From: the human T2T-CHM13v2.0 reference genome, Homo sapiens
NCBI RefSeq assembly: GCF_009914755.1
Contig: NC_060942.1
Reading direction: 5' to 3' (one strand)
DNA length: 64,000 nucleotides
Positions 1 to 26,204 of this stretch are shown here, one piece after another (position 1 is the first letter of the stretch; every line of letters begins with the position of its first letter). Made by a program: the position numbers and the translations under genes. The notes below the pieces were generated by a model, which was not told the origin of the DNA, did not search any database, and saw nothing but the letters and a program-made list of their open reading frames with translations.

Positions 1-699
1 CTGGGTTTAAGTGATTTTCCTGCTTCAGCCTCCTGAGTAACTGGGATTATAGGCATATGCCACCACGCCCAGATAATTTTTGTATTTTTAGTAGAGACAA
101 GGTTTTGTCATGTTGGCCAGGCTGGTCTCAAATTCCTGACCTCAGGTGATCTGCCCACCTCAGCCTCCCAAAGGATAACGCCCTAGGATTACAGGCATGA
201 GCCACCACACCCAGCCTTTTATTTTGTTTTAAACAAAATAAAACATAAGGTTTTCAAACAAAACATAAAGTCCTCAAATTAACAAACATACCCTTAAATC
301 TGTGTGCATTAGCCATGTTGGTAGGGCTCATAGTAGCTGTTCATTATTTAGTTGTCTTAACAACTTTTCATCTTGGTCTTTGGGCTGACATGGTGAAAAT
401 GCTCTCTAGTTGCTCTTGAGCTTATTTTTCACTTCTATCATAAATGTCATAGAATGGAGAGAAGGACTGGATTCTCATTTAATAGTCATTATATTTACCA
501 AGTAACCACTGAATAGAACGTTTTAGAGTGTTCATTGTATTCCTGCAGACATTTATTGAGCATTTTCAATTATTCGTGTAGTGGTGTGGGAAATTGAAGT
601 CAGGATTCTTTACTTAGAGCTTACAATCCAGTACAGTTGATAAATCATAACGTGGTGGAATAGAGAACTCACAGTGAAGCCTGTTTTTTCTTCCCCCAG

Positions 700-764
700 T
701 ACCAATATTAGCATGTGGCAATGATGATTGCAGAATTCACATATTTGCTCAACAAAATGATCAG
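700..764 (+). CDS. ELP2: ELP2 coding exon (probable exon 6): (V)[21 protein letters not shown]
   Basis: Polypyrimidine-CAG acceptor at 698-699 and GTAATA donor at 765. Translation matches recalled human ELP2. Upstream exons lie outside the window. Confidence 0.93.
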
Positions 765-1843
765 GTAATAATGTTTATATTAAGAGGCTGGAATTATATT
801 CTGCTTAGTTATATCTCAATACAGACTATATCCAGATTATAGAATTTTAGGGAATGTTCTAATCTAAACCAAAATAATCCAATAGAATCTTTTTTTGACA
901 GTCCTCTGTTAAGATGGTTGTCTATTCTGAACACCAAGTAACCGCTGCCTTGACCATCAGGCTCAGAGTTGTTAGGGGGAAACAGGTCATTAGGTGGGGG
1001 AGGAGAGATGGAAGATGCTGTGGTAGTTGTTTTTCTCTTAAAGATTTAAACGAGATATAACATACCTACAGTGAAGCATTCCTAGTAGTGTTTATTTGCC
1101 CTTCTGAGCTTTACTTAGATTTTGAGTGGTTAAACTAAAGGAGAGAAATTTAGAAAGGGGTTGGTTAACTCTAAACTCATTTATTTAATAGGATACTCAT
1201 TTCTTTGCATTCTATAAGAAGGTTAAAAATGGTTGTGAAAGTCCAGCTATTCAACTTTTTTTTTTTTTTTTTTGAGACAGAGTCTTGTTCTGTCTCCTAG
1301 GCTGGTGCAGTGGTGAGAACATGCGTCACTGTAGTCTTGACTTCCTGGGGTGAAGCAATCCTCCTGCCTCAGCCTCCTGTGTAGTTGAGACCACAGGCGT
1401 GTATCACCATGCCTGACTACTTTTTAAATTTTTTGTAGACACAGGGTCTCACTTTATTGCCCCGGCTGGTCTCAGTTTCCTGGCCTCAAGTGATAGTCCC
1501 ACCTCCTCAGCCTCGCAAGGTATTAGGATTATAGGTGTGAGCCACTGCCCAACCCACCTTTTTTTCTATATTATATGTATAGTATGTATCATTTTATATC
1601 TTAAACATTTAAAATATTTGAGATTACAAATATTATATTATCTACTCAGAGGTGCTCCAGTTAGTGATTTAGATATTACGTGATGGGTTTTTCATTCCCA
1701 AAGGAATGCTTTTTCTTGTCTAATCAAATAGTGTTCTCAGTAAAAGAGCAACGCAGTAGGACTGTCTGAGACCAAATGATGTCACTGGTATACATGAAGA
1801 TGTTAAATTCTTACATCAAGCCCAATGATTTTTATCTTACTAG

Positions 1844-2035
<192 letters not shown>

Positions 2036-2384
2036 TAGAAAGGAGGATGCTTATCTCTTCTGTTGTTAGTTGGATGGTAGATGATTAAATAAATTGGTAT
2101 TTATCAGATGACATTAGCTGTCTTGTTCACATGCAGACCTTCTTGAAAAGTTCTTTGTAGAACTTAGTAGACTATATACTACATGTTGTAAACATGTATT
2201 AGCATTGTATGCATATTTGTCAATGTTATTAAAAATGAATATAGATCAAATGAATTGGAGGGTAAGGAAACAAAGTATTGTTTTTTTTCTGGAAAATCTG
2301 GAAATATATATATTATAGACAAAAAAGTCTTATACATAAACTTCACAATATAATGTTTTAAAATTAATACAACTTATTTTTTAA

Positions 2385-2534
<150 letters not shown>

Positions 2535-3875
2535 TAATAATGAAAATATCCAATATAACGATACTTAGGTCTCCTAGTTGGTTGATTTTTTTTTCACCAC
2601 CCACCTATGTGAAGGATAGTTTTTCACAATTGTCAGATTCCTACCTGAAATTTCTTTTTTCTTTCTTTTTTTTTTTGAGACAGAGTTTTGCTTCTTCACC
2701 TCGGCTGGAGTGCAGTGGCGTGAGCTTGGCTCACTGCAACCTCCGTCTCCCAGGTTCAAGTGATTCTCCTGCCTCAGGTTCAAGTGATTCTCCTGCCTCA
2801 GCCTTCCAAGTAGCTGGGATTACAGGCACGCACCACCACGCCTGGCTAACTTTTTTGTATTTTTAGTAGAAATGGGGTTTCACCATGTTAGCCAGGCTGG
2901 TCTCGAACTCCTGACCTCAGGTGATCTGCCCGCCTCGGCCTCCCAAAGTGCTGGGATTACAGGTGTGAGCCACCGTGCCTGGCCTTTTTTTTTTTTTTTT
3001 TTTGAGACTTCTTACCCAGGTTGGAGTGCAGTGGCATAATCACAGCTCACTGCAGCCTTGAACTCCTTGGCTCAAGTGGCTTAGCTTCCTGAGTAGCTAG
3101 GACTACGCCATCACACCCAGCTAATTTTTAAAATTTTCTGTAAAGATAGGGTCTTGCTATGTTGTCCAGGCTGTTTTTCAACTACTGGCCTCAAATGATC
3201 CTTCCACCTTGGTATCCTAAAGTGTTGGGATTACAGGTGTGGGCCACCATGCTTGGCCTGATACTTTGTATTTTCCTATTTTTATGTGAGAATGAGTCAT
3301 TTTTCATATGTGAAATATTTTTCTTCTAAACCATATTAGTAAGATTTTTAAAATTGCTGAGGATAATGTTTAGTGCTTCTCATTAAAGTAATTTGTAAAA
3401 TATTACTAAATTTGCAGTTTTAGCATAGGAAGACCTAAAGGAATAATGTGAATTACTTACACATTTTATTGGCCTATGATAAAAGACAAGCTAAATCTCA
3501 CCATTTGAGTAGTATATTTAATTCTGATTTTCCTATTGTCTAGCCTTAGAACAGTATCCCTGGATGGTAGATCCTGTTGGGATGTTGTATTTGAAAGAGA
3601 TATTTTTGGATGTGACAGTTATAAAGGTAGTTCAGTGAACATTGTTCACCTAGGTGTATTCTGTTTTTTGTTACTATTCTTGGTGGTAAAGTCCATCAGA
3701 GTTGAGATTTTGGTAACAGTTTTATGGGGAGAACGAAAAAATGATATAACCAGCATATTAGGAGTAGCTATACCCAAATATGAATTTTTTTCTATTTTCA
3801 TTATATTGTTTGAAAGGTCAAAATACTGATTTCATTATCTTTATTTCTGCATTTATCCTTTTAAAAAATGGGATT

Positions 3876-4128
3876 TGTATTTGTCCATTCTTACGCTTCT
3901 ATAAAGAACTTCCCAAGACTGGGTAATTTGTAAGAGAAAGAGGTTTAGTTGACTCACAGTTCTGCAAAGCTGAGGAGGCCTCAGGAAACTTAAATTAATA
4001 GCAGAAGGGGAAGCAGACACCTTCTTCACAGGGCATCTCCCACCAGATCCTTCCCTTGACAGGTGGGACTTAGGGGGATTACAATTCAAGATGAGATTTA
4101 GGTGAGGACACAGAGCCAAACCATATCA
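3876..4128. mobile_element. MaLR solo LTR (MST/THE1-like), internally deleted
   Basis: TGTATTTGTCC...CCAAACCATATCA ends; near-TSD GGATT/GTATT. Confidence 0.8.
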
Positions 4129-4500
4129 GTATTTTAGGCTATTATATTCTTATAATGAGTGAGGATAATAAAGAGGCTGGCATGACTGTTTTTCCTTCCT
4201 CATTGTGGTTTAACAAAAGTAGCTGTCTCAGAAAATTGTAAAAATATAAGATATTCCTTCATATTTATTTATGACCAGCTAAAACAGAATATAAGGAAAA
4301 ATGTATAACTTTTTCTCCTATAATTTTGAACAGCAGTTGAGGTTGAAGAAATTTAGAATGCATGTTCTTTTTTTGAATCCCAACTATCATATTTTGTCCT
4401 AATTTTTTTTTCTTACATAATTGCCCAACTGTCTTGGTTATGGAAATATTCTTTTTAGAAGAGCTTTGAGGAAATAATACCTTCATTGCTTTTGTTATAG

Positions 4501-4596
4501 GTGTTAAAATAGCATTTGCTGTTACTCTGGAGACAGTGCTAGCCGGTCATGAAAACTGGGTAAATGCAGTTCACTGGCAACCTGTGTTTTACAAAG
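4501..4596 (+). CDS. ELP2: ELP2 exon 9: [31 protein letters not shown]
   Basis: TAG acceptor at 4498-4500, GTAGGA donor; GHENWV WD motif. Confidence 0.95.
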
Positions 4597-5509
4597 GTAG
4601 GAAGAAAACCATACACATATCCCTTACTCCAGTTAAATCTTATGGCACAGTAAGCTGACCAAATCAAGTGGAGAATTTTTTTACTGTGATTAGAAATCTC
4701 AAATACATGACATTTTCAAGTTGACAAAGTATAATACTGCATTCCTGGTCTGCTGGACACTCAGTTCCATTGAACATTGAACTCCTAAGTGGGAAAAGTG
4801 TAATTCCTGCCATGATGCTGAAACTACCACACCCCCAGTAACTTTTTATCTTAAAAGTTTCCACTTGATTATTATGGGATTGAAGAAAAACTGACTTTCA
4901 AGCCAACTTCACTGGATCCTTTACCCTCAGTAATAACAAAGTTGGTACCACTGAAATACATTATTTATGAGAAAGTAAGACTGTTACTCCTTCTTTCTTT
5001 TGCCATTTATCTCCATTTATAGAGTGACAGTTCTGTGCATGTTCAGGCTGGTGCTGGGTGTATAGCTAGGTAAGGCATAGCCTCACATTCTTCCCTGGCC
5101 TCTTCCCCAAGGCAATAACAGTAATAATTAATTCTTAGGCAAACTACCATTCACCTCTTCCTTACATTATGCTATGTTTGCTGTAATTTAAAAAACAAAA
5201 AAAATTGGAATTATAGATATTACAGCTTGCCTTTTTAGCTTACCGTGTTTTGGAGCTGTATCCACATTGATTTGTGAAGCTCTAGTTATTTGTTTTTATT
5301 GCACGGTAGTAGTCTGTTGTCTGAATATACCACAACCCATTTATCTCTTCTTCTAATGGTAGACATTTGTGGTGTTTGCAATTTTTTGCTATTACAAATA
5401 ATGTGCAGTGAACATCCTTGCAGTACCCATGTTGTTTGTTGTTTTTTTCTGGTCATCTACAAACATGATGATTGTTGATCACCTAAAGGGATTAGGTTTT
5501 ATTTTTTAG

Positions 5510-5610
5510 ATGGTGTCCTACAGCAGCCAGTGAGATTATTATCTGCTTCCATGGATAAAACCATGATTCTCTGGGCTCCAGATGAAGAGTCAGGAGTTTG
5601 GCTAGAACAG
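5510..5610 (+). CDS. ELP2: ELP2 exon 10: [34 protein letters not shown]
   Basis: AG/GTAAAA boundaries; [13 protein letters not shown] motif. Confidence 0.95.
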
Positions 5611-5715
5611 GTAAAAATGTTGGATATTTAAGGAACAGAAAATTAAGTTTTGAACTCTGTATTTAAATCCCAAGTCTATATTGATAGACCTGCAAATTTT
5701 CACTGTGTACATTAA

Positions 5716-5982
<267 letters not shown>

Positions 5983-6292
5983 TAGAGTACATTCTAGGTA
6001 AATAGTATTTTGCTTATAACACTCTACAGAAACATAGTAGAGGCACTTGAAGTTCAAGTGACATAACTTTTTTCTGTAGACATTGTTAAGGTATTGAAAT
6101 TTGCATGTAGGTAAATTTGCTACGTAAGTGCACTGTATTCCTTTAAGCTATAGAATTTTTTAATGATAATTTTTCTGAAATGTGTAGCTTTCCTGTCTTC
6201 TTAAAAAGTTAACATAATTGGATATCTTGTTGGACTGCTAGATCCCTATTATTGAATGAATGTCAGTCATTTATTGTGACTGACGTTCAACA

Positions 6293-7395
<1,103 letters not shown>

Positions 7396-7409
7396 TTGTG
7401 TTTTTTATT

Positions 7410-13307
<5,898 letters not shown>

Positions 13308-14395
13308 GGTATTGAAAGTGACTTGTTTTTTATATAGACTTTTTTTTTTTTATAGAGCAGTTTTAGGTTAACAGCAAAATTGATCTGAAGGTACAGAGTT
13401 TCCACGTCCCTCTACCCCCACACATCAACTTGTAGCCTCCCCCACTACATTGTTACAGTCAAGGACGATTTTTTAAAAGCCAAACACTGCCCTTCAGGAC
13501 TGTTACTGTGGGAAACTGTTAGTCCAAAAGTGCTGTCCATTGCTCAAAACTTTTTGTAAACTCCCATTAGTGCTAACTTTAGAATCAGTTTTTGTTCACA
13601 GAGGGAGTAACATTTTTTGTCACAGGCTTTTTTTTTTTTTTTTTTGGCCAGACATAATATAGTTTAGTCACAGACTTATCCATCAGATTAGGTTTTGAAT
13701 GACCTATTAGCTATTTATACACATTTAATTTTCCTCTAAAGGTTAAGTTTTAGTCCCACTTGAGGTTGTTCAAAAAGGTGCTCTGTGGACCAGGCATATG
13801 ACATTTTCTATATTTTGTTGTCATTATTTGTTTATATGGTTGTTGTTGCAGGCTTCTTAGTAGGTGAACCAACTAGGTTTGATTCAGTTGTCTGTCCTCT
13901 ACACCTGTAACTCTTTTTACTTAATAAAGCCATCAGGTCCACATGCAGAACCCACTGACTCGTTTTACACAATATTTTTACATTTTATACAATTTTTATT
14001 TAGTTTAATAAATACATAGAACCTAGTGTATACTAGAATTGTCCTGTGTACTTTACAAAAGTAACTCATTTAATCCTCATAATAACCCTAGAAGGTAGGT
14101 GCTGTTATAACTGTTTTATTCTATAATTGAGACACAGAAAGGTTAAGTAGTATCTGGCTGCTCAATAAATGATGAATGGAGGGAAATTTCCCACAGTTAC
14201 TGATTTAAAGGATACAACACATATTTGAATGCTTAAGCTCTTACATGATTGATTGGAAAATGGATCCTATTATTCTGTGATCCGATCTTGTATACTTAGC
14301 TTTTCACCTTGCCAGAGGGCTTTAGTCTTCTCTGTTATCAGACGTGAGTGCTTTACTTTGGTGGTAGTCTTTGAGTATTTTGATATGTGATATGA

Positions 14396-15006
<611 letters not shown>

Positions 15007-15334
15007 TGAATAGCTAAAGTAAAAAATATATTAACAAGTGCTGGTAAGGATGCAGAGCAACTGGAACTTTCATACATTGCTATTGGGGATGCAGAATGAT
15101 ACAGCCACTCTGGAAAACAGTTGGACATTTTATTTTTTGTTTTTTGTAGAGACAGGATCTTGCTATGTTGCTCAGGCTGGCCTTGAACTCCTGGCCTCAA
15201 GTGATCCTCCTGCCTCAGCCTCCCAAGTAACTAAGACTACAGGTGTGAGCCACCATGCCCAGCTAATTTTTAGATTTTTTGTAGAGACAGGGTCTTGCTC
15301 TGTTGCCTAGTTTCGTTATGTCTTGTAATTTTAG

Positions 15335-16284
<950 letters not shown>

Positions 16285-18395
16285 TAGGCTTTAAATGGAA
16301 TATATGGGTAGAAAGAAAGTAATATTGTTTCTTAATGTAAGATGTGACAAAGTTTTTGTGCACTGTGGGGTGTAATGATTTAAATACTAAAACTAGAAAT
16401 TTTGTGTAGCAAATGAGCTCAAAATACTACAAAGCTGCATTAGTGTTCAATTGAGACATGAATATGATGTTTTATCACTGTGTTAGGTACCTAGAATAGA
16501 ACAAAATAAAAGATGGATACTGTTTTCAAGGAGATTACCATCTAGCTGTATGGTAGGGGTAGAGGTAGGGGGCAGTGGAACTAATGTATCTGCAGTTGTT
16601 AGATGAGACCAGTTAATTGCTAAATCTTATGGTACTAAAGTAAATTTCATAGAAGGAAGAGGTCATTGTATTGGAATCACGAGAACATGTTTAATGGGAC
16701 TTGATTTGGGTTTTGTAAGGGTAACTTTCTTTTTTATGTTTATACGCCCTTCTAAGAAAGATTTGAGCTACTTATAAAAGTACATGGATTATAAAAATTA
16801 TGAAGTAATTTTGAAAGAAGGAAAATTAAGTAGGAAGATAGGTTACACAGAAGTGCATATTATACAGTCCTTCACTTAGAGTTGAGTCACGAATTTGGTT
16901 CTGAGCTCAAAAAGGATAAGTACCCTTTTGATAGGCAAAAAGAAGGGGAGAGAGAGGGAGAGAGCAAAGGGAAGAGAGAGAGAGCAAAGGGGAGGCCAGA
17001 GCTATTGTGGTACCTGTTGGACTGAAGACTGGATAGAAGTGGGGAGAATGGGGAAAGTCCATGGTGGAAGACTTGGGAGGCAGGCACAGTCTGACTGTGG
17101 GGTGCTGTTGGAGGCTCCTACACAAAGAGTGATGAAAAGGATTTTGGAAGAGAGTTATCTGGAAGCCAAGAGACTCTGAAAGCAGTGAAACTAGCACCAG
17201 TGTGAGTAAGACTGGAGAAGAAAATGGAATTCATTAGAAATGAAGTAGCCAACTAAATTTCCTGGAATGTATACTCAGCACCTCATGCTACAGGCTTTCT
17301 TGATTATGTGAAGAGGATTTAAGATTCTGTTATGCTTGTTTCTAATAATAATGGACAATAGGAACAAGATCAAAAGGGAAGCCTTAATTGTGGTTATTAT
17401 GTAGAGCTAAGCGTATGGAGGTGGAGGGACAGCTAGTTTCAGGATCTCTTCAGTTCTAGGAATTGAAATGGGGTTTTACGATTCCATGAGAGGCTTAGTC
17501 CCAGTTGTACACTTAGTTCTGTGTCCTAAGATACAGGGATCCTGTAGAGTAGCGAGCTGCTTGCTCTCGTTTGGGTTTTGCTCCCATACTAAGTGTTGGG
17601 ATAGGTATGTAGGAATGCCTCTTACTGTTCTTTTCCATGTTAGTTTTTCTTTGTTTCTGAGATAAAGCATACTGTTTCTTGTGTCCCAGGTAGCCATTTT
17701 TGATGGTTTTAAATTCTTACTATTCATGTTTGTGTCTAGTTTCAGCTTCTGTGTTAAAGTCTAAGTTGTACAGAACACTCTTAGCAAATGAGCATGTGCC
17801 AGTTTTGATGGTTAGCATATATTTTCACATGTAATAATTTGATTGATATAAATTGCAAAATCTAAGCAGATATTGCCTTTTCAAATGACACTCATACGAA
17901 GTTTTAAAATACTCAGTTAGTTAGGTATGTTTAATGAAAATACTATGACTAATGCTGTAACTGTTCCCTTCTGGGAAGCATCTGTGTTTATATGAGCATC
18001 ATCAGGGGATGTGCCTGTGAGATTATCTTGGAAGTAGAGCTCTGGGCCTTCCATTTTCAGCTCACTGCATTTCCTGTCAGACCCTGAAACCCACTGAAAT
18101 GTTATGGTTCGATGAGGTCCCTTTATGGATGAGAGGATGCCCGACTTTATGGATTGCATGGGAGTTGGAGGCCTGGTAGGGCTTGTCTGTTGGAGAGTGA
18201 TTGCTTAGCATTGCATTGTTGGTTCAGGAAGTGAAAGTACGGGTAGACATCCACACAAGATGGTCTTTAAACTGTTTCTCAGCATTTATGAGCGTGACTT
18301 TTTTGTAGTGCCTGAAGTAACAGTAACTTTTAGTTTTAAAATTAGCAAATAAAACTTTAGCATTTATAACTTAGATATTATATTTTCTATTCTAG

Positions 18396-18542
<147 letters not shown>

Positions 18543-18611
18543 TAATGTTTGTTACAGCTGATTTTTTTTTTAAATCACAGTATATCTTTTCTATCACCTA
18601 TTTCGTGATAA

Positions 18612-19399
<788 letters not shown>

Positions 19400-19518
19400 T
19401 GACAAAGACAATTTAATAAATCGCTAGAACACACAGTATGTTATCTATTGCTGCTGACCTAAATAAGTGCTATAGAATTCACTTTTACATAGAAAAAAAT
19501 AGCTTCAATTTATTCTAG

Positions 19519-19576
19519 AGCCTCCCACTGAGGATCATCTTCTGCAGAATACTTTGTGGCCTGAAGTTCAAAAACT
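19519..19576 (+). CDS. ELP2: ELP2 exon 16: EPPTEDHLLQNTLWPEVQKL
   Basis: TAG/GTAAGT boundaries; conserved PPTED.L..NTLWPE..KL motif. Confidence 0.95.
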
Positions 19577-20452
19577 GTAAGTTAAACTGTATTTAGCTCT
19601 TTGGTCTGATTCTGTCGTAACTTCTGACTTTTCCTCCCCACCCCACAATCTGATGTCTCCTTTTTCTTCCTTCTACCTACCTTTTTCCTCCTCTTCTATA
19701 TATCTCTTAGTGGCTCTTCATAAGGAATGAGAATTAAACCTTAACGTTTATTTTTATATTACTGTTTATTATGTTCATTAGTTTTGTTTATTCATCTTAT
19801 TTTTAAAGTAGAGAAGCATAACAATATATATTTTTTCTTTATTAAAAAGACTTGGCTGGGTACAGTGGCTCACACCTGTAATCATAGCACTTTGGGAGGC
19901 CGTAGCAGGAGGATCACTTGAGGCCAGGAGTTTGAGACCAGCCTTGACAACATAGCGAGACCCCATCTCTACAAAAAATTTTAAAAAATTAGCCAGGCAT
20001 GATGATGCATGCCTGTAGTCCCAAGCTACTTGAGAGACTGAGGCTGGAGGATTGCTTCTGCCCAGGAATTGGAGGCTGCAGTGAGCCATGATTGCACCAC
20101 TGCACCCCAGCCTGGGTGACAGAATGAGACCTTGCCTTGAAAAAAAAAAAAAAAGACTTAAGTTTTGTTGTTAGTCATGGTCTTTTTGTCTTTGATGGTT
20201 CCTGATGAAGACTTTTCCATGTTTTATTGTTTAGATACTGGCTGGTTGAAAGTAGGAGGTGAAAACTTGTATGTTAATTGTTTGAATGAGTTATATTACT
20301 TATAGGAAGCTGACATTTTTCTCCCATCTCCCTGTCTTTCTCTCAAATGTTTGCCTAGACAAACATACAATGTTCCTTAAAAGAATTGTATATTAGCTAG
20401 AGAGGTTGATGTTATTCTTTTTACTTTCAAAAATTGTGTGGCATGAGAATAG

Positions 20453-20635
<183 letters not shown>

Positions 20636-21589
20636 TAATGATTTAGGCAGAACTCTACGTGAAAGGCCACTAGTGCTTGGTTTTTTGAATCTTACTTTCT
20701 CAATTTCTCTTACCCTTCTGTCTCTTCAAAAGCTTATGGTTTCATTTTAAGTCTGTTTCAGCTGCACATTTTGAGTTTATCTGTGCCTCCCTGCTAAAAG
20801 TGATTTAATCAGGTATCTCAAAATGACACCTGCAATCCCGGCTACTCAGGAGGCTGAGACATGAGAATCACTTGAACCCCAGAGGTGGAAGTTGCAGTGA
20901 GTCAAGATCGCGCCACTGCACTCCAGCCTGGGTGACAGAGTGAGACTCTGTATATAAAACAGCGATATCTCAAAATGACACCTAAAAATTTGATGAATTT
21001 TAAATAATTGGAGTCATAGAGACACAGGGAAATGAGAAGAGGAAACCTGGAGTGAAATCCATCAGACTGTTTTTTGAGGACACTCTTGGCACTGACCTAA
21101 GGTAGATGACTTTTGCATTTACCTGGAAGGATGGTCTTGAATTCATCATTCAGTATTTATCCATATCCTGTGGAATGATATAGCAATTGTGGAGGATTAT
21201 CCGAAGGGTCTGAAACCCACACATTCGTCTTAAATTTTCTGAAATTTATTTACTTGTTTTAAATATGATGATAAGAGCCGCCCACCTGCATGGGCTTGTG
21301 TCCCTGCTTTTAATGTGGATTTATGCCACTGATCTGCATTTTGGACATCATAAGAAATACTGCTGTGCTTCCCCTACACCCACCCCTACCCCACTTGTTT
21401 ATTCTTTGAAATGGTACTGAGAGGACTTCCTTCTCTTATAGGAGCCTTTGGGAAAAATGGAATTCAGTAGTTCAAATGTCTGGGCTTCTACTGAGCAGAT
21501 AATTTGTTTCTAACTTAGGGCACTGTCAATCCTGTAATTGATTTTTTTTCCCCCTTTTTAAGTTGATTCACAACAATATGTGTATCCTC

Positions 21590-22833
21590 TAAACATTTTT
21601 TAACAGCTTTATTTAGGGTTATTAACATACTATAAATGGTATGTTTAATGTGAACAATTTGATAAGTTTTGACATGTTTATCCCTGTATAAATCATCACT
21701 ACAATCAAGATACTGTGTATATCCATCAACCCCCAACATTGTCTGTGCTCTTTGGCAATTCCTCTTTTCTACCTCTCCCTTTCCCCTCCTGCCTCCATCC
21801 CTAGGAAACCACTTGTCTGCTTTTTGTCATGATAGAGTAGTTTACATTTTCTAAAATTGTATATAAATAGGATCATGTAAGTATGTACTTTTTTGGTTTT
21901 GCTTCTTTCTTTCATCATAATTGTTTGAGATTTATCCATGTTTTTGCATGCATCAGTAGTTCATGCCTTCTTAATGCTGAGTAGTTTTACTTTGTACAGA
22001 TGTACCACCATTTGTTGATCCATTCACTTATTAATGGACATTTGGGTTGTTTTCCAGTTTTGGGCTTTTACTCATGGTACAGTTATGAAAATTTATGTAC
22101 AAATCTTTGCATGGATATATGCTTTCATTCTCTTGAGTACATATCTGTGAGTGGAATTGCCGGATGGTATGGTAGATATATATTTAAAATTTTAAGACAA
22201 TTGACATGCTGTGTTCCGCAGTGGTTATACATTTTTGCAGCAGTGTATTAGATTTCCAGTTGCTGTGCACCCTCACCAGCACTTAGTATCAGTCTTTTTA
22301 ACTTTAACCGTTCTAGTAAGTGTGTAGCAGCTCATTATGGCTGTGATTTATATTTCTCTAATGATATTAAGCATCTTTTCATGTGCTAATTTTTATCCAT
22401 ATGAAAATATGGTGAAACTATTCAAATCTTTTGCCCATTTATTTATTAGATTGTTTTCTTACTGAGTTTTGAAAAGTTTTTAAAGTTTTTTTTATAGATT
22501 TAGGGGTACAAGTGCAACTGTGTTACATGGATATATTGTGTCTTGTTGAACTCTGGATTTTAGCATACCCATCAGCTGAATAGTATACCTTGTACCTTGA
22601 GTATTTCATTCCTCAACCCCTCCCACCTTTTTGATTCTCCAGTGTCTACTATTATTTCATGCCATATGTCCATGTATACCCATTGTTTAGCTCCTGCTTG
22701 TAAGCAAAAATGTCTGGTTTTTGGCTTTTTGCTTCTGAGTCATTTCCCACTTAGGAGAATGGCTTCTAATTCAATCCATTTTGCTGCAGAAGACATGATT
22801 TCATTGTTTTTTATGGCCGAGTAGTAGTTCATG

Positions 22834-22874
<41 letters not shown>

Positions 22875-23660
22875 CACCACATTTTAAAAATCCAATTATC
22901 CATTGATGGACACTGAACAGTTTTTTATATACCCTGGATACAACTTTATCACATGTGCTTATGTAGATATTTTTTCTCAGTGGCTTGTCATTCTCCTAAC
23001 AGTGTCTTTCAACTAGCAGATGTTTTATGTTTTGGTGAAGTCCAGTTTATCAATTTTTTTTTTTAATTAGGCTGTGTCTTTCTTATATCTAGTCTTTGAT
23101 TCAAGGTCACAAGGATTTTTCTGCTGTGTTTTGTTCTAGGAGTTTTATGGATTTTTAGCTTTTGCCTTTAGACCTATGATACTTTCAAATTAACTCTTGT
23201 ATTTGTCATGGAGTATAGGTTAAAACTGATTTTCTTTTATTGTAGATACCAGTTTCAGCATCATTTTTGTAAAAGACTATCCCCTTCATCACTGTGCTTT
23301 GTCCCTTTGTCTAAAGTCGGTTGTTCATATATGTGGGTCTGTTCCGTAGACTTTATTCAGTTCTATTGATCTTTTTTGATATGATGCCAGTACCATACTC
23401 TGTTAGTAACGATAGTGTTTTAATAATACATCTTGAAATTAGGAAGTATAGAGTTATTTTGCCTATAGTAGATCCTTTATTTTGCATTTTAGAATCAGCT
23501 TAAGAGTTTCTGCAAAAATACCTGCAGGAATTTTGATGGAGATTGCATTGATTCTCTAGATCAATTTGGGGAGAATTTTAACAATATTGAGTATTTTGAC
23601 ATATGAATGCAATATGCCTGTCATTCATTCAGGTCTTTAATTTCTCTCAGGATTGATCTT
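21590..23660 (-). mobile_element. Old L1M 3' region with a nested younger L1 3'-end fragment (~22490-22915)
   Basis: Antisense L1 3'UTR/ORF2 motifs (ggacatttgggttgtttccag, gagtggaattgc, ctgcaggaattttgatggagattgcattga). Confidence 0.8.
22836..22871 (+). repeat. (GT)18 microsatellite
   Basis: Pure GT dinucleotide run. Confidence 0.95.
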
Positions 23661-24046
23661 TTTAAAAGTAAACCCTTTATTTTGGGATAATTTTCATTTT
23701 TTTCCCCCTTCATGTCACAGTTTTTCATTTTATTTTTCCCCCTCCATGTCACAGTTTTGATCATGGAATAATTTTTCAAGATCTGAGAGCTACAGTGAAA
23801 AGGAAAAAAAGAAAGAAAGAAAACATGATACTATAGTCCCTGATGATTGATTTTTTTTAATCCCAATCATCTGTAATTCTTCCCAGAGATAAGAAATGGT
23901 TGTAGTATGTTATCTCCTAGGAATTTTTTTTGGAATTCAAACAGATAAATAAAATATACTCATAGAAACAATGTGTTGTTTTTAAAATGTTTTCTCTTCA
24001 GTTTATTTTTACTTACTAGCTTCATTGTTTCATCTCTGTCCTATAG

Positions 24047-24268
<222 letters not shown>

Positions 24269-25171
24269 TAGTGAAACAGTTATGTTCATTTTATCTACAT
24301 TAAGCAGCTTTAGTTAAGAGAAAGATAACAGAGTGAAGGGTAGAGCCTCATGTCTTTGAAGCCTTTCAAAGTTCTTGGATAACTGAGGAAGACTTGACCT
24401 TCCTTGTAAGATTTAAATGGAGATGATCTTTATTTGGGTTGACCTACTTGTGATTATGTAGTCAAGATGGCATGCATTCAGATATCTCAGTTCAAGAAAC
24501 ATAAACATCTGTATGTAGGAAGTTAGGTTTTGCAAATGGTGATAGAATGCTACCACAAAACCTAATGGATAACTTATCCTAAGCTAGGATTTTATGGGAC
24601 AGGAATAATGAAGATACAACTAAGAAAACTCATGGTTGAGTGGTTTCTTCTCTCTGAACTATTTTATTAATATAGTACTATTTTAAATTATGAAATGTAG
24701 AGGAAACCATTATCCTTAGCTTTTTCCTACCCTCTCCAGTCACCTCCTTCATTGAGAAGGGCATATTAGGCATCCATCTGGATAAATGACCCCTGAGCAA
24801 GGTGTTAGCCCACCTACCCACATTCTACTCTGAACCTGGCATAAACTGAAAAAAAAAAAAAGAGGACTAAAAACCTTTGTGTAGTTGGGTCAGTGGCCTA
24901 TTCCTGTTCCCCCAGATTCTTTTGGTGGATAAGTTCTAGAGAGTGTTTAAAGTATATTTGCATTGTTTAATCCTGTTTTAAATTTTTCCATTGATAAGAC
25001 TCGCATACAGTTTGGTTTTGTGATATTTCTGGTCTCTTTGTTTCTTGTGTTTTAGAGAACACCCAGGGACTGTAAAGTATACTCAGCAATATGTTTTAGA
25101 ACAGACTGTTTTCTTTTGCATCACTAATCTTTTCCTAACATGCAGCATTTACTGTTTAAAAAGCTAAAGTC

Positions 25172-26204
<1,033 letters not shown>

